Source: Paraspadella gotoi (taxonomy: Eukaryota; Animalia; Chaetognatha). From it: a stretch of 64,000 nucleotides of DNA. The translations under genes and the position numbers were made by a program. Below the pieces are notes generated by a model. The model worked only from the letters and a program-made list of their open reading frames with translations. It did no database searches and was not told where the DNA came from. Positions 56,807-64,000 of the stretch are shown here, piece by piece; position 1 is the first letter of the stretch, and each line of letters begins with the position of its first letter. The DNA lies in NCBI GenBank assembly GCA_051294375.1, contig CM119270.1, positions 20,313,695-20,377,694 on the forward strand, in the 5' to 3' direction.

Positions 56807-57159
56807 ACACACCAAGCTAATGTTTAAATTTATATTTTTTATTAGTCAATCGAAATATTGTCTAGAGAGATTTAGAAAAAATTACTTTTGGTATTTTTTC
56901 CAATGAATTTGAATGACACACCAAGCTAACGTTTAATTTCTATTTTTTATTAGTCAATCAAAATAATATCTAAATAGATGCATCAACGCATTTAGAAAAA
57001 AAACTTTTGGTATTTTTTTAAATGAATTTGAATGACACACCAAGCTAACGTTTAATTTATATTTTTTATTAGTCAATCGAAATAATGTCTAGAGAGATGC
57101 ATCAACGCATTTAGAAAAAAAAACTTTTGGTATTTTTTTCCAATGAATTTGAATGACAC
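56807..57159 (+). repeat. Tandem repeat, ~110-121 bp unit x3
   Basis: acacaccaagctaa(c/t)gtttaa...ttagtcaatc..tttagaaaaa..cttttggtattttt..aatgaatttgaatg starts at 56807, 56916 and 57035. Confidence 0.9.
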
Positions 57160-57219
57160 GAATGATCGTAGAGGCTGAAGTGAATCTGAAGTGAATCTCA
57201 CGAATTCCAGTCACAAATC

Positions 57220-57293
57220 GCTGAGCGACGAATTCGCTTGGAAGCTATGATTGTAAAGCTGAAGGTCGCAGGTTCGATGCCTGTCGTCGACGC
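57220..57293 (+). mobile_element. Degenerate tRNA-derived SINE head or tRNA pseudogene fragment
   Basis: Contains AGGTCGCAGGTTCGATGCCTGTC (variable loop plus T-arm GCAGG-TTCGATG-CCTGT, B-box-like) and a TTGTAAA anticodon-loop-like stretch. The 5' half is degenerate. Confidence 0.3.
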
Positions 57294-58511
57294 TTTTAAT
57301 TTTTTTGACTGACGAAAAAAATAGAAAAAGGAGAAAATATATTTTATATTATATTATATATATAATAAATAATATAGTTGTACCAATTTCATAGTATTTA
57401 TATTGATAATATTAATATATTTTATTATTTCTTTTGATTGTTAAATAAAAGATGATTTTTTTCTCGATGACAACAACAACAACGATCACAATTAACCCAT
57501 TTTAAACTTTTTCTGTTTTTTTTTTAATTTCTTTACTTTTTTTCTCCTTTTTTTCCTTTTTATTTCCTTTTATTTCCTTCTCTCGTTTTACTCTTCTCTT
57601 CGCTAATGCACCCTCGAAACGAGAGAAACTCAATCTTTTTTAACTTCCTCATAAACTCCTTTCATTATATTAATTTATTAAATTATAAAAAAAAACTCTA
57701 ATCGTTCATCGGTACTCACGAAGTAAATAAACTTAGATACTATAAATATCCAAAAAATAAATTAAATAAACGAGGCTTGACTCAAGACTGCCGGCTGAAT
57801 TTCGAATCGGCACGCAAATGAGTAGAGAGAGATGAGAGAGAGAGCAGAGAGAGAGTGAGGAGAGAGAGAGAGAGATGACGAGAGAGAGAGATGAGCTAGG
57901 AGAGAGAGGAGAGAGAGGAGAGAGAGAGAGTGCGTCCAAAAGCGAGTGAGGTATGAATCTTGAAGAGTCAGTCCGAGAGAATGATAAGTTTTGTAGACCG
58001 CTGTCCTCACCGGGTGAGTATCGGATTTGTCCGGATGCTAATAGCGTCGTGTCGTCGTTGTCGTCGTCGTGTCGTCGTCGGTCGTCGTCGTCGTCGTTCG
58101 TCGGTTTACTTACCCACGTGATTGACCGCTGAGCACCTCACCTATTTCGAGGGTCTTTAGAGATTTATCGTACGATTTCGCCGCCGGCTTCTAATTCTAT
58201 TCATCTGGTCTTCGTTCTAATGACTTACTTTGCCCGTTCCCTCTCTTCCTCCTTTCTTACCATTTCCTTATATCTTCATATCCTTTACTATCCTTTCCTT
58301 TCCTTCCTACCATGTTTTAACCTTTTCTACCCTTTCCTACTTTAATATTCATTTCTTATCCTTTTTATATCCATTTATACCTTTTCTTAATCATTTCTCT
58401 TCTATATCCAGAGACACCAAAAAAAAAAAATTGGCATTTGTTCCCTTTAAGTTTTTGGTTTCTGGTGTGGACCGTTAGATCGTACTGGCCCAAATCTCTC
58501 TTCTCTCGTCT

Positions 58512-58566
<55 letters not shown>

Positions 58567-59158
58567 CGTGATAAATACCGTTTTGTAACTTTTGTACATT
58601 TTCGTTTCGCCCCAAAATCTCAATAAAAAAATTGTAAAAATGTAAATTTTTTTTTCGTTATTTTGGGCCAAAATGAACGAAGGCTGACAGGTAGTATTCC
58701 TTCTTGATCGGCCGCTGAGAGGAGAGAGAGAAGATGAGAGAGAGAGAGAGAGAGGAGAGATTGAGATGAGCAGAGAGAGAGATGAGAGAGAGAGATGACG
58801 AGAGAGAGAGAGAGAGTCATTAAAGCCAACCCAAAAATATGTGGAGGGAGAGAGAAATAACGAAAAGGCATAAATAAGAGATTGTAAGGTCCTGTTGTAA
58901 AAGAGGGAACGTTAATTAAAGAATGGATAAAAAAAATCGAGAAAAATCTGCGTCTAATACTTAATAATTATTAGCTTATTTATTGAATGAATTGATAAAT
59001 TTATTTTGGTCGTACCAATTTCATAAATATTTTTATTGCTTTAAGAAATGATGAATTGTTTTTTCCCCTACATTAACAATTTACGATTAGAATATTTATA
59101 TAATTTTCCTCAAACATTCGATGAATCCGAATCTTCCCCCCCCCTTCTCATTTCTCAG

Positions 59159-59296
59159 AAATCCTTCACTCTCATCATCGAGATCCTCGACAGCAACTCT
59201 GACATCAAAGCCTCCGACGGACTCATCCAACGGGTCGTCCACTCCGAGACCCTCGTACCCGGATCTAATTGGGAAACCGCAACTTACGACGGAGAG
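59159..59296 (+). CDS. Ser: Serrate/Jagged Notch ligand, internal exon encoding the C-terminal part of the N-terminal C2 (MNNL) domain
   Basis: Polypyrimidine acceptor (cccccttctcatttctcAG) and GT donor (GAG|gtccgt) bound a 138-nt phase-0/0 exon: KSFTLIIEILDSNSDIKASDGLIQRVVHSETLVPGSNWETATYDGE. From memory this resembles Drosophila Serrate KSFTLILQALD...LIE...SGVILPSPEW and JAG1 RSYTLLVEAWD...IIEKASHSGMINPSRQW more than Delta (GTFSLIVEAWH). It splices in frame to the next exon. Confidence 0.88.
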
Positions 59297-59346
59297 GTCC
59301 GTATGTGATTGTGTAATAAAATAGGGGTAGGTGTAATGAAATATAT

Positions 59347-59474
59347 GTAGTCGGGCATTGCCTAGGTTCACCTCGCCTCTAAGCATGACACCTTCAGTCC
59401 TGACCCGGTGGCTCATTGAGTAAAGTCATCAGCTCATGACTACCAGGTACCGGGTTCAATCCCAACCCGGTACC

Positions 59475-59500
<26 letters not shown>
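59347..59500 (+). mobile_element. tRNA-related SINE-like insertion in the Serrate intron
   Basis: 59402-59474 is tRNA-sized, with an A-box-like TGGCTCATTGAG, a CTCATGA anticodon-loop-like stretch and a B-box-like GGTTCAATCCC, followed by a (TTA)n tail. The segment is absent from the inverted copy. The acceptor stem is imperfect, so it is not a functional tRNA. Confidence 0.5.
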
Positions 59501-59507
<7 letters not shown>

Positions 59508-59770
59508 TATTCCACTTCTTTGATGAATGATTTAGGAGTCGATCATCTAGACTAAAACAATAATTATTTAAAGCTTGTAGAGCTTGTAGCTTGTTAGAGA
59601 AATGGAGCCCTTAATCCACCGTAGTTAAGAGACCAGTTAGCTTATTTTCTAAAAAAAATTGATCAAAATTATTAAATTGTTAAAAAAATGTAATAAAATA
59701 GATGACAATTGATAATGAGTACTAATTCTAAAACCCCTCGGCATTCTTGACTCGCCCCTCCGCACCCCAG

Positions 59771-59939
59771 GTCGCGAAACTCGGCTACAAAATGCGCGTC
59801 ATGTGCGACGAGTTCTACTACGGCCCGTCGTGCAAGAGATTCTGCAAACCACGGGACGATGTCTTCGGCCACTACTCTTGCGACCATCTGGGCAGCAAGA
59901 GATGCAATTCCGGATGGAAGGGCAATGATTGCGAAGAGG
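59771..59939 (+). CDS. Ser: Serrate/Jagged Notch ligand, DSL-domain exon
   Basis: Acceptor (gcacccc AG) and donor G|gtgagg bound a 169-nt exon: VAKLGYKMRVMCDEFYYGPSCKRFCKPRDDVFGHYSCDHLGSKRCNSGWKGNDCEE. This has the canonical DSL pattern C-x3-YYG-x2-C-x2-FC-x-PRDD-x-FGHY-x-C-x3-G-x3-C-x2-GW-x-G-x2-C. It ends in phase 1, as expected before the A of AIC in EGF1. Confidence 0.93.
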
Positions 59940-60129
59940 GTGAGGAGTAGTGATGATGATGTTTGAATTTTCTCAAAGAAATGCCATCGGAAAAAGTCGC
60001 GAAAAAAAGAACGAAAGACAAAAAATTGTTTCTTTCTTCCATGTTTGATGCTCGGAGGAGAAAGTAGCGAGGAGAGGTTGTTAAAGGGAGGCAGAGACGA
60101 AGGGGAAGAGAGCAGAGGAGAGAGAGAGA

Positions 60130-60160
<31 letters not shown>

Positions 60161-60374
60161 GCGAGAAGGAGATGAAGAGGGAGGTGAGGATCGAAAGGAA
60201 AAGGGGGAAGAGAGAGAGAAGGAGAAGAAGAAGAGAGAAAGAGGAAGAGGAAGTGAAGGGCGGGACTTTCACCCCTCGGCAAAAGAAAACATGAATTTGC
60301 TTCCTAAAGAGAAATCGACTTTAGAGGCGAAAAAGTCTCCTCGTGGTTGTTGTCGTTGTTATTGTCGTTACATT

Positions 60375-61350
60375 TCATAGCGTCATATCATTCATCATCA
60401 TCATCATCATCATGCATCATTCATATAAAACATCTTCAATCATCATTATCTACATCTTCATACCAAATCATATCATCATTCATATCATATCCACACCATT
60501 TCATTCATCATCATCATCTCAATCATCATAACATCTTCATCATCATCTATTACATCTTCATCAATCCATCATAATCATCATCGGTCATACCACCCAAAAT
60601 CCTTTTCATCACATCATCAATAATCATTCAATCGTGCATAACTCTTCATCATCATTCATCATCATCCATCATATAAACATCTTCATCATCATTTCTACGA
60701 TTCAATACCCATCCATTATCATTCATATTCAATAATCATATCAAATCCTTATCATCATATATCCATATCTAACATCTTCATCATCATTTTTTACTTTCAT
60801 CATCCATCATAAAATCATATGTATACATCTTCATAAAACATCATCTTATCATCATCGGTCATCAAATCTTCATCAACACTCATTCATCATATCATATCAT
60901 CATCATATCGTCAATAAACATTTTATCAAAAAAATTATCTACATCTTCATTCCCTAAATCATTCATCAATCATCAATCATCATCATAACATTTCATCATC
61001 ATCTCCAATCATATCAAAACCTCTTCACTCATCACTAATCATCATGTCATCAACATCTCATCACATCATCATATCTATCGTCACACATCTTCATAATCAT
61101 CATCATATCGATCATATCATCATCTCATCATCATAACTTTCTCCATATCTACTTTCAATCACGCATCATATACATATCATATATCATCACCATCTCAATC
61201 ATACTATCAATCATACAATAAACCATCCTTCATCATCATTATCTACCATATTCATCATATATATCATCATGTTCATAACATCTTATCACATCATCATTAT
61301 CATACATCATCATCATTATATATTATATCACATAATCATTTCCATCAATC
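60375..61350 (+). repeat. Long degenerate (CAT)n-type microsatellite
   Basis: About 1 kb dominated by catcatcat/acatcttcatcat with noise. Confidence 0.85.
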
Positions 61351-62007
61351 AACAATATATATACTAAAGCGTAGTAATTTAATTTTAACTTTTAAAATTA
61401 ACTAAAGGTGAGGAAAGAAAACATTATACTATATTTAGTATAATTTTATAAATATTTTTGTTCAATTTCGCAGTAGGACTGTTTAATAGTACTAATTAAA
61501 TGTTAAAATTTCAAAACAGTTTTTTTCTAAGATTTTTTGGGCAGATGTTTGGACATCGTCATAAAAGGGGGTTGATAAAAAGTATACATCTTTTAATAAA
61601 AATTTCCTTAAATTAAGTGGGTTCAAAAATCTAGAAGCCTATAAATTTTAGAAGCTGAAAATTAATTTTTATATTTAAAGAATTTAGTTTTTGTATTTTA
61701 AATAAAAACCACCCATTATAAAATGAACGAATTTTTAAAAATAAATTTATATTTTCTTTAATCAACTTTTGACGCGCTGTTACGAGGAATTCAATCTTCT
61801 GGCATTAATTAGCAAAGCCTATTTTGAAATTTTTCGGATTTTATATATAGGATCAGTACTATATATAATATAGCTAACTGCGGAAAGTAAACATTAAAAA
61901 CAAACATAAAATTATTTTTTACAAAATATGTTTATGATGTATGTTCGTTTCATAAATTGATTTAGAATTTTCGTAACGTCTTTCAATCACTACGGCCTTA
62001 CTCTCAC

Positions 62008-62186
62008 CTCTTGCAATCACATTGCCCTTCCATGACCGGGATTTGCATCTCTTGCTGGGCCAATGGTTTCGAAAGAGTAGTGGCGAAGACAAATCGGTCC
62101 CGTGCGTTGCAGAATCTCTGCAACAGGGCGTAGTAGATGACTCGTCGCACATTAAGCGCATTTGTTTGTAGCCGGAGTTTCGCGAC
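62008..62186 (-). pseudogene. Inverted, frameshifted copy of the Serrate/Jagged DSL exon (read-error-laden allele/paralog, or pseudo-exon)
   Basis: The reverse complement aligns by eye to 59771-59939 (ccag|gtcgcgaaactc..ggctacaaa..atgtgcgacgagt..aagagatgcaa..ggaagggcaatg..attgc..aagag|gtgag) with many 1-nt indels. Translated remnants include GYKQMRLMCDE and KRCK..WKGN. Confidence 0.8.
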
Positions 62187-62658
62187 CTGGGGTGGCGGAG
62201 GACGGGGCGAGTCGCGAGTAATGCGAGGGGTTTTGTAGAATTAGTCTCATATATTGTCATCAATTTTTTTAACATTTAATATTTTTATTAGTTTTTTTAC
62301 CAATTTTTATTAATTTTTTATTTATATAAATTTTAATGATTCACCTGTCGATGAGCGCATTTAACTATGTTTTCTAAAGATTTCGTTAAATTATTCATAT
62401 CGCAATAATTAATAATTCGTTTAATAAATAACTACTGGTCTCTTAACTGGTGGATTAAGGGCTCCATTTCTCATTAAACAAGCTACAACTCTACAAGTTT
62501 TCAATAATGTTGTTTCAGTCTCGTATGATCGACCTCCTAATATTCCTATCAAAGACGTGGTATATTAATTCATTATTATTATCTAATTATTATATAATAT
62601 TATATATTTCATTGCGGCGCCTACCCCTAATTTTCATTACCCATCACATACATCGGAC

Positions 62659-62815
62659 CGTACTGCTGCCTCCGTCGTAAGTTGCGTTTCCCAATTTCTA
62701 ATCGGTACGAGGGGTCTCGGAGTTGGGCGCCCGTTGGAATGAGTCGCGCGTCGGAGGCTTTGTGATGTCAGAGTTGCTGTCGTGAGGATCAGTGATGATG
62801 ACGAGGAAGGATTTT
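62659..62815 (-). pseudogene. Inverted, frameshifted copy of the Serrate/Jagged C2-domain exon
   Basis: The reverse complement matches 59159-59296 (aaaatccttc..tcatcatc..gatcctc..gacagcaactctgacatc..aaagcctccgacg..tgggaaac..gcaacttacgacggag) with indels. Flanking intron sequence also matches. Confidence 0.78.
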
Positions 62816-63539
62816 GCAGATGAGAAGGGGGGGGGCGGGGGGGAGATTTCGGGATTTCACTCAATCGTTTGAGGAAAATTCAATAAATATATTAAAATGG
62901 CGATTGTTAATGTAGGGGGAAAACCAATTCATTCATTTCTAAGCTAAAAATATTTATGAAAAATTGGTACTGACACAAATAAATTTAATCAATTCTTCAA
63001 ACTAATAGCCTAATAATTATTAATATTAACGGAGATTTTCTCAGATTATTTTCCCATTCTTTAATTAAAACGGGGTTCCCCCGTCTATTTTAACAAAACA
63101 GGACCTTACACATCTCTTATTTTAATTGCCTTGTTCGTTTATTATCTCCTCCTCATCCTCNNNNNNNNNNNNNNNNNNNNNNNNNAGAGAGAGAGAGAGA
63201 GTCAAAAAAGTCGAGCCTCGTTCACATATTTTGAGTGAGAAATTCACGTTTTTCTCAACAAAAGGTGAGAAGTGAAAAAAAAGTGAGACAAGTGAAAGAC
63301 AAGTCGTTCGTCGTTGTTCGTCTTTTGTTCGCCTTTGTTCTTCCGTGTTCGTCTTTGTGTTTCCTTTTCGTTCGTCGCTGTTCTTTTCCGTTTATATATG
63401 TTCTTCTTAGGCGAAAATTTTCTACTTTTTTTATTGTATTTACTAATTTTTCTTAACAAATTAAAAACTAAAATCTTCGTGATTATAATTATTTTCTTCG
63501 CGTAACTAAATATGAAAAGTTCCGATAGTTTTCCGCTCG

Positions 63540-63645
63540 ATTTTTTTCCACATATAAGCTTTATTTTTCACATCTAAGCAATCCACATTTGATTTTCCAC
63601 ATCTAAGCCTTCCACACTTGACTCTTTTCACATCTAAACTTTTCA
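63540..63645 (+). repeat. Short degenerate repeat containing ttttcacatctaagc
   Basis: tttccacatataagc / tttcacatctaagc / tttccacatctaagc / tttcacatctaaac, four copies. Confidence 0.6.
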
Positions 63646-64000
63646 TCCTTCAAAGACGCAGAGAAAATTCGTTACTAACTTATATTACTTAAATATGCAA
63701 AATTTAAATTTGATTAAACTGTCCCTTATAAANNNNNNNNNNCTTCTATACGAGTGAGATTCTAATCCTCAGCCATCACCTTTAATTTTAATTTTCTTAC
63801 CATCAACTCTTCATCCATATTTGGATGAATCTTTACTTACCTTTTTTCCATCCTCAACCTCACCTTTTCCTTCCCTTATCCCTTAACCCTTCCTTCGGGT
63901 TTTGATTCGATTCAGCGTCGAATCTCCCAAAATCGCCGCCGCAAATAATTCGCGAATTATGATTCCCTGATTGAAATCTGCACGCGATGAGAAGAGGGAA

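Noticed and set aside
59350-59400. Possible HDV-like ribozyme upstream of the tRNA-like part
   Set aside because: The cctcgc motif is present, but I could not build the P1/P2/P3 nested pseudoknot; only a weak hairpin forms.
59402-59474. Functional tRNA-Met gene
   Set aside because: The acceptor and anticodon stems do not pair properly; better explained as SINE-derived.
59945-62000. Missed-adapter fold-back read as the explanation for the Serrate inversion
   Set aside because: The spacer is not palindromic and the two copies differ by large insertions, so a simple fold-back does not fit. A haplotype misjoin remains possible.

Overview
Eukaryotic, non-prokaryotic DNA, most likely from an arthropod-type invertebrate. 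It is AT-rich, packed with (AG)n/(CT)n and other microsatellites, and contains many N gaps. The window is a hybrid assembly: clean contigs alternate with long stretches that look like uncorrected long-read fill (about 1-14.6, 22.7-27.1, 35-52.5 and 60-63 kb). Almost all ORFs in the supplied track are low-complexity or N-gap artefacts. Solid content: (1) two clean exons of a Serrate/Jagged Notch-ligand gene (C2/MNNL C-terminal part plus DSL domain, + strand, 59159-59296 and 59771-59939) with canonical splice sites; (2) an indel-ridden inverted second copy of that region (about 62.0-63.16 kb) that differs by presence/absence insertions, including a tRNA-like/SINE-like element; (3) a U2 snRNA gene (- strand, 38574-38760) with an upstream octamer and a PSE-like motif; (4) a ~4.4 kb tandem duplication that is probably an assembly artefact; (5) a ~0.5 kb satellite with internal sub-repeats, plus several minisatellites. 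A few splice-site-bounded, CpG-rich segments in the noisy regions may be exons of unidentified genes. I found no supportable evidence for a new biological system.
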